Source: Azolla caroliniana (Eukaryota > Plantae > Polypodiophyta). From it: 64,000 bases of DNA. Shown here one piece after another: positions 40,541 through 52,100 of the stretch; within the stretch, counting starts at the first letter, position 1, and each line of letters starts with the position of its first letter. The translations under genes and the position numbers were made by a program. The DNA is taken from assembly GCA_043228905.1 (NCBI GenBank), contig JBHGNT010000011.1:14508001-14572000 (forward strand). The letters run 5' to 3'. The notes beneath the pieces are model-generated. The model ran no database searches and had not been told where the DNA came from. It saw only the letters and a program-made list of their open reading frames with translations.

Positions 40541-43500
40541 AGAGATAGATTATATTATCGTCTTCGGAGGTCAAATATGACCTATGAGACCAAAAATATT
40601 ACATTTCACGAAAGTGAGTAGTGACTCTCGATGTTCAAGAACTTTACCAATGAATGTTGCAATCGAGAGTGCACATTCTGGTTGTGAGAGGAATTCATGC
40701 AAAGATTGGGCTCGATCGAACAGATGTGGAAAGCATGGTTGAATATGATCAAAGGTAGAGCATTGTATCAAAGTGTGATACTCAGACTCGCGAACTTGTT
40801 TAGGGCAAAGTGTGCATAGCCGACCACTCTCATCACTTGTGCCCCAATGCCCTGTTTCACATCGCAATGCATGTGAGCTAAGTCGCATGGAAGCAATGGT
40901 TCGAATGGTAGATAACGGTATGGGCTCTAACATGTATCGATGTGTATGATTTCCCCGTTCCGTAAAGAATATGGTTTTGTAGTTAGGTGCAACATGTGTA
41001 GTATAATGTGTGAAGCGCGAGCCTCCACATTTGTCCCATGTCATGATACATTGGCATTGCAAGAAGGCCTCATTTATAGAGGAATCTAATGACGCATCAT
41101 GAAGCAAGTGTCTCGCATCCCATCTAACAAACCATTTTTTTATATCTTGTATCCAACCGGAACACAAAATTTTGCTTTTATGCGTCTTTTGGATCTTTTT
41201 GTTTGCTTCCCATGCAATTCTAGGAAGTTGATGTGAGGGACTTTTTTGAACCTTAAGCATGTATTCAACAACCCTTTCCATGGCCATGATCTCAATGGGA
41301 AGCGATCCCGTCTCAAGGAGGAGGAGGGTGTAGGGCGTTCGTTTCTTAACTTGTAGAAACTTTGTAAGAGAATGTTTTTGGACATTTTCAAACTCTTTCC
41401 ACATAGATTTAGGGATGCTACCGCCCCATACTTCCACCCCATAGAGAAGAACCAGTGTCACCAAAGTGTCGAAAAGATATTTCTTGAGGACCCAACACTT
41501 CATATATCTTCAAGATTGCATGTGTTCTCAAATGCATAGTATGCTCGCTTACCCGCCTCTAAGCGGCGTGTAGCACATTCATTCCATCTATGATTTGAAG
41601 GAACTTCAAGGCCAAGATATTTGAAGCTTTCCACAAATTCAAGTGGCTCATTGCTGTACATAATGCATGGTTTATCTCTTTTTTGGCTCTTCACAAGCAT
41701 AATCTTTGTTTTAGAGCTATTGACACTTAATTTAGTATGCATGCAAAAAATTTCCAATGCCTTCATAAGCTTTTGTGCATCTCCTAAAGTATTTGCAAAA
41801 AGCATTACATCATCTGCATATAGCAAAAGCATAATCACAACATTCCCAATGGTAACTTCTTCAACTCATTCTTCCTTTGCAAACTTGGTAACCATTTCTT
41901 CCAATTCATCAATGCATAGACCAAATAGTGTTGGTGAGAGTGGGCATCCTTGCTTAACACCAGTAGTGCTTTTGAAAAAATCTGAAAGTTTATCTCTCAT
42001 GCGCACACAACATATAACCTTCTCATAAATTCGGGAAATTGCAAGCATATATTCACTTGGCACCTCAAGTTCTTCCATTCGCCTCCAATGATGCTCACGA
42101 GGTACCATATCAAACGCTTTCTTGAAGTCTACAAAGCAACAATATAAACCTTTACCTCTAAGGCAACGTTCCTCCCTTAATACTCGAAGGGTGATAAGGT
42201 GATCAATGGTGCTATGATGTTTCCGAAAGTCAGCTTGTCCATAAGCTCTCTTACCACTTTTTTCAGCACATACACTTATGTTTGATTCCATTATACATCC
42301 AAATAGTTTTGCCATTAATGAGCCAACCATGATGGTTCGATAATTGTTTACATTATTTATATCTCCACCTTTATGTAAAGGTTTGATCCAATTTGTAGTC
42401 CAATCGTATGGCATACCATGTTGCAATGCATCATTAAACATATCGCTTATCCATATATGTGCTTCCTTTCCCGTCCATTTGAGCATTTCAGCCTTTATAC
42501 ATTGAAGATTGCTTGCCTTTTGAGAGGCCATTTTCTTAAGTCCTATGCATATATCTTCAATTGTAAAGAAGGGAGACATATGTGAAAGAGAACCATAACA
42601 CATCATCTTTCTGGCAAGAGATAACTTATATAAATTCTTACAATGCATAGATAAATCGTGAAGAGTTAAGTCACCAAAACTCTCAACACGTTTCCCCTTT
42701 AGATTTCCCCAAAATGTAGCACATGCATGTGCTTTCTCTTGCGTTTGGATAAATTGTTGAGTAACTTCCCATATTCTTCTCTTTCTTTGAATAAGCCTTT
42801 TATACTCATGCAAATGCTTTTGGTAATTCTCTTTATCCTTAACTACATCCAAAACCATAAGGCACTTTCGAGGTTCACGACATTCTTTATCAAACCATTT
42901 TTTCTTAAGCTTCTTGGTGCATTTCCAAGATGTATGGTTGGTCGAAAAACATTTGTTTGTACAGGAGAGAATAACTTTCTTGAAAGCTTCCCATTTGCAT
43001 TCAAGTGTGGCACCATGTTGTATCTTTGTCATTTGTAACATATCCTCAACCATCTTGGAATACATGGGTGCTCGCTTAAGGTTCATGCTCAGGTGCGGTT
43101 GTTTATTATCTTCAATAGCCTTCTCACAATCAAACCTATGCATACATTTGAGATCAATACATAAAGGCCTATGATCGGATTCCAGTGTCCATTCACCAAG
43201 TGAGAATTTATGTAAACGATCCAAAATACCTTCGGAAAGTAGCACATAGTCAATCACACTATTTCCGTTGTGTTTTCTACATGTAAAATCATTAGTGTTG
43301 GGCCATAAGAAACTTCCATTTGCAATAAGCAATCCGGTACTATTGCACATTTGTAGGAGTAACTTCCCAAATTGGTTCGGATCTTTTTCATCGCTAGAAG
43401 AGCAGCTATACATTTGGATATCCTCTTGCATCCTTGAGATATGTGGCATGAAAGATTCTTGTGAATCAAGTTGGAAACTTCTTGTACGAGCATTCATGTC

Positions 43501-44333
43501 ACCAAAGACAATAACTTCCCCTTTGGATTTGAAATAAGTAATATTATCTTCTAGAGTGGCAAACGGTTTATCTTTATCCAAACAACATAAAAGTTAGAAT
43601 CTTGATGGGGAATGTAACATCCAACTACAAAAAGGGGCAAATCGTTAGGTGTTTCTATTTTGAGCCATATGTAGCATTTATTTTCATCATTTTTTATGAT
43701 TGACACATATTTCTCTATTTCCTTCTTAATCAAACATGCCACGCCTCCTTGTCCTCTTCTTTGTCTTGGATTTTTCTTCCATATTAAAGAGTGTACATTA
43801 TAGTTTCCTAAACCTTGAATCCTTTGAGTATCATGCTCCCATGTTTCAACAAGAAGTGTGATATCCGAGTCATCGGTGAACTCCTCTATGCCAAATCCCG
43901 CATTCCATGGGTATCCATTGCAATTCCAAAAGCATAGTCGTAAAAGGCGTGGGTTAGTCTCATAGATCACGTGTCCCTATTTGCCTACATTTCCATCTTT
44001 AGGCACACCCTTACCCTTGTTTTTCAATCTTTCTTCATATGCTTTACGATGAGCATTTTGTTGTGAGATAGTACGATCTTCACTCACAAAGCATTGTGTA
44101 CCTTTGAGGTATACCCAACTATTTTCGAGTATGATCCGCCGCTTTGTATCATCTGTCATTGTGCATACAATAGGCCTTTCTCCAGAGCGAGTAACACCAT
44201 GTTTCCCAACTCGGTGTGCCTCATATACATTCACATTTGACATCCCATAATGCATGCTAAAAAATTCATTAATGGCCTTTCCAAGGGATGCGGGTGTTTC
44301 CATACTCTCTTCTTTAATCCCACGGACGACAAT
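40541..44333 (-). mobile_element. Near full-length RTEX-like LINE with partial ORF1 and ORF2 (APE-RT-zinc knuckle)
   Basis: ORF1 C-terminal part ends at 43977 (IVVRGI, HRVG, RPIV, LKGT..FVSED). ORF2 43970-40571 has WNCNG, ETW, GDMNA, SVIDYV, SDH, GVKQGCPLSP, YADD, FKYLG and C..C...ESEYH...C. One in-frame TGA (41866) and two frameshifts (~43570, ~41500). Short (ATCT)n tail. Confidence 0.92.
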
Positions 44334-44411
44334 GTCTTCTAAGGCCAAAATTGGGCCCATGAGACACAATTGGTTTACAACGAAATGGGTATTTATCCAA
44401 TCATCAGAACT
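44331..44411 (+). promoter_or_regulatory. Promoter-like segment upstream of the SUV3-like gene (direct repeat copy A')
   Basis: Contains a site II-type TGGGCCCA and a CCAATCA box, ~140-200 bp upstream of a (GA)n leader. Function is inferred from motifs only. Confidence 0.5.
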
Positions 44412-44548
44412 AAAATAAAAGTTTTTATTTTTGTTATTATTTTTTCTGAAAGAAAGAAAGAGATCATGGAGGGGCCATTCTCGTAATTTCCTCATAAGTC
44501 AAAGATTTTGCGGGTTCTCTGTGCAGAGCAAAACTGCTTCTCCCTCCC

Positions 44549-44586
<38 letters not shown>

Positions 44587-44875
44587 AGGACAGAGGTCGT
44601 GGCTATGGCTATGGCTATGGCTATGGCGATGGAGCGGCCATTCACATCGCAATCGCCCATCATCCCCCTCCAGTCTCTCTCGCTACATCCGCCACGGAAT
44701 AGCCCTCTCCGAACCCAATCTCCGTCAGAGGTTTCACTCTGCTCTCTCTGCTTTTCTACGATTTTTCTCTTCCACTTGGCTTTAGGAAGAGAGTAACTTC
44801 TTTTGGTACTTAATTACTTGCCGAGAAAGGTTAGAACATATTCTCGGTTTTATCATTAGTATTATACTTTTCACA

Positions 44876-47617
44876 ATGAGTGGAAGAAGCATTTTGCTGA
44901 ATTTGTATAGAAGAAGAGGCTGTATTCGGACTAGTCTTATGTGTAAAACAGATAATGCAATATCTCGTTTTTGTAAGAATGCTGCTATAGATACCCACAC
45001 TAGTTTCCTTTTGAATGACGCTCACGTAGGTAGACCTATCCTATCATACTTAAGATTGTTTAGTGTGGATATTTGCTTAAACCCAATAATACCTCAATGT
45101 GATAATAATGATGATGGGTCCTCTTCAAAGTTAGATTTAGGCTCTGAAGACAGAGCAACAGAGAGAGTTTCTAGCAGACAAAAAGGCTCTAGTAGAAGTC
45201 CTAGGAAGCTCAAAAAGAATGGCATTATCAATGGTAATGATGGTGAAACAGTAGTAGTCTTCAAAAGCCTGGTGGAAAATTTAGATAAGCAGAAAAGGGA
45301 TGGGGTGGTAGTAGCAGAATCCAATGATTTAGCGAATTTAGATACAAATGTTTCTATAGAAGAAGAGTCTTTGCAAAATAGGGTAGATGCTGATATATTA
45401 GGCCAACATTCAGATGAATCGGGAAAGTATGGAAGCCATCGAAGGCACAAAGAAGTACCTGAAGAAGCTGAGAACCATTTGATAAATTCAAGTCTATCTA
45501 ATTCTGTTGAGGAAAGAGGAATATTAAGCCAAGATTCAGATCAATTGGAAAAGTATGGAAACGGTCAGAACCACAAAGGAGAAGGTTCGGAGGGCTCCAG
45601 AAATATTTGGAGAAAGTTTGATCAATTCGAGAGTCATGAATTAGGGAAGCATTCAGCTCGATCAGGGAAGTATGGAAACTATCGAAGCTACAAAGAAGAA
45701 GGTTCAGAAGAAACAGTGAATCCTTCGGCAAAGGTTGACCTATTTGACCCTCTTCAAGTATTTCAGTGTTTGGTAATATCAAGGCCACCTGGCATGCTAA
45801 AACATGAAAGGGATGCTTTAGCACAAATTTTTAGGCATTTTCTCGAGGATGGATGGGCACTACAACAAGCTTTATTTCGGTGCTATGTTAGCTCAGTTGT
45901 GTTTCCCATTGCAGTTTCTCGCTTCCGGAAATTCTTCTTTTCCAGATGTACTCCAGATATAAGGGCACATTTACTAGAACTTGGGCCATCAGAAGAAGGA
46001 GACGAGTTTCTATTTCCTCTATTTTCGGAGTTTTCTAGGAGAGAATTTCCTTCAGAAATTGCTAGGTACAAGGCATTAGTTGAAAGAGCAGATCTGACCA
46101 AGCCACACACATGGTTCCCATTTGCCCGTGCTTTGACACGGAGAATCATCTATCATTCAGGTCCTACAAATAGTGGCAAAACATATAATGCAATACAAAG
46201 GTTTAAGGCTGCAGGTTCAGGTATCTATTGTGGCCCTCTTCGCCTACTCGCCATGGAGATATTTGATAGTGTTAATGCTGATGGAGTGTATTGTAGTCTG
46301 ACCACAGGACAAGAGAAGAAAGAAGTTCCATTTGCAAATCATGTTGCTTGCACAGTGGAAATGGTTTCCACACAAAAAACATGGGAAGTAGCTGTAATAG
46401 ATGAGATTCAGATGCTAGCTGATGAATTTCGAGGGTGGGCGTGGACCCGAGCTTTTCTTGGTTTGCAAGCAAATGAAATTCATGTGTGTGGTGACCCTAC
46501 TGCCCTCCGTCTAGTAAGAGATATATGTGCCATCACTGGGGATGAAATGGAAGAATGTCATTATGAACGATTTGATCCTTTATCAATAGATCAACACTCC
46601 CTTGAAGGGAAATATGGAAATATATGCCCTGGAGATTGCATTGTATCATTTTCGAGGAAGGAAATCTTCAGTATAAAGAGAGCAGTGGAACTAGCAACAT
46701 CAAATCGGTGTTGTGTCATTTATGGAGCATTGCCTCCTGAGACCCGACGACACCAAGCTAAGCTTTTCAATGACCCAAATAGTGGGTATGATGTATTAGT
46801 TGCCACTGATGCAATAGGTATGGGTTTGAACCTGAATATAAAGAGGGTTGTCTTTCATTCTCTAGAAAAGTACGATGGCAAGACACAGATAAAAGTATCT
46901 GCATCTCAGGTGAAGCAAATAGCCGGAAGAGCAGGCCGAAGGGGTACACTCTACCAAATTGGAACAGCAACCACATTCTATTCTCGGGATATTCCTTATT
47001 TAGTACAATGCATGGAAGAACCATTTTCAGCAACTTCCAGTGCAGGCCTTTTCCCTATGTATGAACAAATCGAGCTTTTTGCAACACAAATGCCAGAAGC
47101 TACTTTCTCGAAGCTTCTTGACCGATTTGCAGAGACATGCCAACTGGATGGATCCTTTTTCCTTTGCCGCAATGACAACCTTAAGAAGGTCGCTGGAATT
47201 ATTGATAAAGTGAAGGGATTGACCCTAGAGGATAAAATGTCATTTATTTTGGCACCTGTAAATAGCCGAGATCCAAGAGTTATTAATGCACTTCTCAGTT
47301 TTGCACTTGCTTATAGTAAGAAGCTTCCAGTGCATTTGGCGATGGCAACACCCATGGGTTCTGCCAAGAGTATTGTTCAACTCATGGATCTCGAAACTCG
47401 GCATCAAATTTTGTCTCTTTACTTATGGTTAAGCCATCATTTTCCTGAGGAATGCTTTCCACAGAAAGAGCAAGCAGGACAGATGGCAGCTGATATTGCA
47501 CTTTTACTTGGGGAGTCCTTGGCTCAGCAAGACATTCGGATTGTTCAGAAAGACCATGAAGGCAATCTAAGAAAACGAGCTACTAGAAGACCTTCGAGGT
47601 TTACACTAAGAACTTAA
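44876..47617 (+). CDS. SUV3: SUV3-like ATP-dependent RNA helicase, mitochondrial (DExH18-type), 913 aa in one ORF
   Basis: Motifs ADLTKPHTWFPFAR, HSGPTNSGKT (Walker A), GPLRLLA, ACTVEM, IDEIQ, YGALPPETR, VATDAIGMGLNL, QIAGRAGR, LYLWLS. Arg-rich N-terminus is consistent with mitochondrial targeting. Confidence 0.95.
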   Translation: MSGRSILLNLYRRRGCIRTSLMCKTDNAISRFCKNAAIDTHTSFLLNDAHVGRPILSYLRLFSVDICLNPIIPQCDNNDDGSSSKLDLGSEDRATERVSSRQKGSSRSPRKLKKNGIINGNDGETVVVFKSLVENLDKQKRDGVVVAESNDLANLDTNVSIEEESLQNRVDADILGQHSDESGKYGSHRRHKEVPEEAENHLINSSLSNSVEERGILSQDSDQLEKYGNGQNHKGEGSEGSRNIWRKFDQFESHELGKHSARSGKYGNYRSYKEEGSEETVNPSAKVDLFDPLQVFQCLVISRPPGMLKHERDALAQIFRHFLEDGWALQQALFRCYVSSVVFPIAVSRFRKFFFSRCTPDIRAHLLELGPSEEGDEFLFPLFSEFSRREFPSEIARYKALVERADLTKPHTWFPFARALTRRIIYHSGPTNSGKTYNAIQRFKAAGSGIYCGPLRLLAMEIFDSVNADGVYCSLTTGQEKKEVPFANHVACTVEMVSTQKTWEVAVIDEIQMLADEFRGWAWTRAFLGLQANEIHVCGDPTALRLVRDICAITGDEMEECHYERFDPLSIDQHSLEGKYGNICPGDCIVSFSRKEIFSIKRAVELATSNRCCVIYGALPPETRRHQAKLFNDPNSGYDVLVATDAIGMGLNLNIKRVVFHSLEKYDGKTQIKVSASQVKQIAGRAGRRGTLYQIGTATTFYSRDIPYLVQCMEEPFSATSSAGLFPMYEQIELFATQMPEATFSKLLDRFAETCQLDGSFFLCRNDNLKKVAGIIDKVKGLTLEDKMSFILAPVNSRDPRVINALLSFALAYSKKLPVHLAMATPMGSAKSIVQLMDLETRHQILSLYLWLSHHFPEECFPQKEQAGQMAADIALLLGESLAQQDIRIVQKDHEGNLRKRATRRPSRFTLRT

Positions 47618-49119
47618 CGATAATTTCAAGACTCGGGCAATAAGATCGACTATCTCACTTGGCAGCTTGCTTGTGTCAATTCATTTTGAGTATACAAAAT
47701 GTTGCATTTTGATAATGGCATTGCTGTACTCACCATATCATAGAGCTTCATCCAATTTGCATAGTTTGCCAACTTTTTGGTGATTATGTGAAGTTGACAA
47801 CTAATGGTACTCGAGTGAACATTCTTTTTAAAATGTTGGAAAACAAAATTTAAGTTTTAAGTATTTTGAAGAGATTGTATTGGAGGAATGTAGTCAATAT
47901 TGTTACATTTTGGAGAAAGATATACGTACATGTAGTTTGATGTCTATTTGAAACCCTCTTGGATTGAAGTGAAAATAGAGGGATAAACCAAAAGCAGTAT
48001 GTACATTGTGGCAAGTTTTAAAGGTAATTGGCCATGTATTCATATTGACTTCCTCTATATCTCATCATTGTTTTCAAACATTTCTTCTGAAATTAGACCT
48101 TGCATGCCAAATTTTCTTTGCTTCAAATAAGTAATTCTTGTATCATGGCATGATGTATTTATTTGAAAGGAGTATATCTGTTGTTGTCCTATTAGGTGAT
48201 TTCATGTTTACAATTCACAAGATTTTTCCCACATGGGCAAACCACATTCCAAATCATGACTATTTCATTGGTACATGGATACGAGTGGTTAGAACTATTC
48301 GTCCTAGAATATCTCAATACTTTGTGGCCTTTTAAAAAAATCTCAAATATATTTTCAAATCTTCTCCTCTCAATGGTAATAGATTCTAATTGTAAAGATT
48401 TGATCATGTTTAGGTAGTTTTTTTGGGGGATTATCATTAAGTTTAAAAATAATTGGAATCCATCATCTACAAAATTTTGACATAATTCCACTATTCTAGA
48501 GACTATAGGATATTTCAAAACTGCAAGTGTAAGTTGTAACAGGTCTTTTCTTTGCATATGATGTATAATTTTATACCTTTGTTGTATGATTCTTCATCAA
48601 ATGGAAAACGCTTGCTTTTCCACTCATAGAACAGTACTTCAAATACTCTTTGGTCAACAGGATATTTGATATTGCATGGTTATGTGAAGAAAATGTGTTT
48701 TTTGAGAAGAACCTTTTTAGTCTTCCAGACTTCTTTTTACTAATTCATCATGCAATTTTGAGTTAATAGAGGAGCTATCTTTATCATTGTTGATAAAAAA
48801 TAAAGGGACAACATCAACATTACAAGTTACAACAAAGATATTCATTGAATGATTCCTACTCATTGTATGAAAACATGTTTTTTCCTGCCATGGATTCCCA
48901 TTGTTATTCTTGCATATCCAAGGACATGCACTCTCAAATAGAATGATTACTATCAGCCAAGGATAGATAGCAGAGAATTTATGATGGCTCTTCATCGCTG
49001 TTATCTTATTACAAAGAAATCCATAAATATGTAAAAAAAAATGTATAAATGATAACCCTGATTTCACAACATAATCAGCTGAAAATGGTCTTATTGTTGA
49101 TTTATAACGTGAAATGGAA

Positions 49120-52100
49120 TCACTTTTTCGATCCTTCGATAAGGTACACACTATCCAGAAAGGCAAATCCTGCTGCAACCCCACCTTCATCAGAATCTGA
49201 TGCCTTTGTCCTCAACAAGTAGCCAGTCTGCTCATTCAATATAACTTTCTCCTTGTTTCTGTGCACAAATGAAGTTTCAATATTCCAAAAAAATAAAATA
49301 AAATACAAATCGTATTTCATAAAAGGACTAGCACATTGGTAAGTTTTACATTTTTGCAAAATGTATCATACACAAAGATTATAGGAGTGCATATTTGTTT
49401 GTTATTGTAACTCACCTCACATACGTAGCAAAGATGCCCAACTCTGATACTGCTCCTTGTGCATTCAGTTTACCATTGCGCAACATATAGGTTATATGAA
49501 CCGGAGGAAATATCCTCTGCATGAGAATATAGGCGGCAAAGGAATCATCTGTGGATCCCTCTTTCAATTCCAGAAGCTTCTTTTTTATGTCTCCGCCAAA
49601 TAAGTTGTTTCCTGTTAAAGAAATTCAAATTTCTATGCCTGTAATGAGAAAATGATCTATTTGTTCAAGAAATGCTTGCACGAAATCCCCCAAGAAAAGG
49701 AATTGAATTCCTCTTCCTTAGCTCCTATCCCCCTTCCAGGACTCTAAGAAATTCTACTAATATGAAATTCTGGCAACCCCAAATTTCTTGTCTGTATCTA
49801 TATTTTAAACAGATGAGAGTATCCATTTATATAAAAGTAGATTTTTGTGAAATTTATCTGCATAAAGAACTGGTTCAGATTCGAAGAAACTGGCTATTAA
49901 GTATTCTGATTGGTTAAAAAGTTTTTTTGTATTACAATGTCTATATTATCCAAGAAGAAGACGAGAAAAATTACTCACCGCCTCCTTCTCTTTGAGGCTT
50001 TAGCACAAACCCCTCTGGTTTTGAAATAGCTTGATTGAAAATCTCCGATTCACCTTCGTCATCAAGTCCCCACAGTCCAGCAAAGCTTTTTTGCAGCTTC
50101 CTTACTGCATCTGCATCCTGAACAAATCTATGGACCCATCGAGAAAATATTCTCCATTAAACAAAGTAACTTGACCCTGAAATTGTTGGGGGGTGAGGAA
50201 AGGAAGAAGCAGCCGAACAGCTGTTATCCCTGCAGTAAAACAGTAGACAGCAGAGAACAAGGAAGACAGAACGCACATAGCTCACAAACACTTTTGGCCG
50301 CACACATTATGCATGAATCTCCCACCAAAGGCCAAAAGAATCGGTGAAACTGACGGGAAGATTGTACAAGACCTGAATCTCCTACCTGTTGAACATGTTA
50401 CACAATATACATAAGACAAATAGTGTAACCTTAAGAACTAAGTAATTCCCATCAGTTTCGCAGATTCTTTTGGTCTTTAGTGGGAGATTGATACATAGTA
50501 TGAAAGGCCAAAATCATAAATCCCACTATTCATTAGGACGTATATAGCTCAACATATCAAAAGGGTTTTGTGTGCCACCAAAGTTATGTTTTGAGCCATG
50601 TGCGTTCTGTTTCTTGTTCTCTGCTGTCTACTTGTTTTACTGCAGGAAAAACAGCTATTCGGCCGCTTATTCCACACCCTCAACAGAAATAAATACTCCA
50701 CCTCTGTAGTCTTACCTTTCAAGCACACTTGTCTTGGCAAGTTCCTGTTGAACTTTCTTGGTCCCAGCCAGATGATATCCTATGTTTGGGCACTTAATTG
50801 CATTTGATCTCTCGATAGAAGTCCTTGCAGCCCACTCCTGCAGAATCAAAACTTAAATCTGCAAAATGAGCATAAAACTTTTTTGGATTATTATTAGTAA
50901 ATTTTCACTGAAGACACATTTCTCAGCATCAAAGTTTCAGAACGTTTACATCCTCCGTAGGATAGTCCTTCGGATCATATCCAGCTCGGTAGTAAACAAC
51001 AGCTACTTTTTGCCCATCACTGATGCATGACACCAGAAAACCGCCCAATATTTTGAAATGTAACAAATAAAGAAAAGAGCCTATGACAAAATGCCAAAGA
51101 TGCCTCAACGAAAATTCATCTATGCTTACATGAGAAATGTGCCATCTGGATGAAACACTCCTTCAGTGTGGACTTCTGCAAGTGTCTTCCGAATAACAAG
51201 AATTCCATATGTGACATTCAGTTAAGTGAAAGGTTTTGCACCATTAGTAACTATGTACACAAAAACAAATTTAGCCATTAAAATTTAATCAGGATATTGT
51301 TCAGTAATCTTTGTGCTTAGCCAATACTGATCATACATGTTCCTTTCTTCTGGCTGTACAACCATAAGCACAATGGCGCTGGAAAACCAAAGGCACCATT
51401 AGAGAATGAAGTGTATGATTTACCATTTTCATGCACTGTGTTTCTATTGAACCTACCAACCACAAAGAAAGAACCATAGAAGATATTTTAGATAGCCCAG
51501 TCACTCTCCCATTGATTATGTACTTAGAATGATCCTAACTTCTAGATATGATCATGGGCATGCCCTATATAAGCCAAGATCCTTCTAATATGTCTAATGT
51601 TGACTATAATTTATTCATTCTTATTATAATCCTCCTAATTCTTCACATCATAATGAATATAACTATTTATCTTTGGTGTGTAACTTAGTCTCTTTCTCTA
51701 GCACATTGATTCACATTTCACATACTTTGTATCTCTCTTGTTTTCTCTCAACTATTTTATGGCAGATAAATCTCAAGATGTTGTACTACGTTTATAAACT
51801 GCATTTAGTACTACAAAGCAGTTGCTCCAATGACCTTTTCTTCACTTATCAAAATTTACAAAATTTATTCTATTTTGTTGAGTGAGATTTCAATAGTAGA
51901 AGCACTTTGTCAAGTGTGTGACACTAACATAATGGTCACATGTTACAAATCACCTTAGGTTGCTTTATAAATTATCAAAAACCAGAATGTCATTAAAGGC
52001 AACCAAGAGAACAAAGTGATCTAGAAGTTTGTCAAAGGAGCCAATGCCTTCACATGTTGACAATCATTGAGAAACTAAAAGCAAGACCTTTGCAGCAAAC

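Noticed and set aside
44334-44495. N-terminal part of the 172-aa ORF 43977-44495 as LINE ORF1
   Set aside because: It reads through host promoter sequence; LINE similarity starts only at about 44333.
44876-47617. Uninterrupted SUV3 ORF as a recent retrocopy or horizontal transfer
   Set aside because: No poly(A) or TSD is visible, and the sequence resembles the plant DExH18-type paralogue, which I recall as intron-poor.
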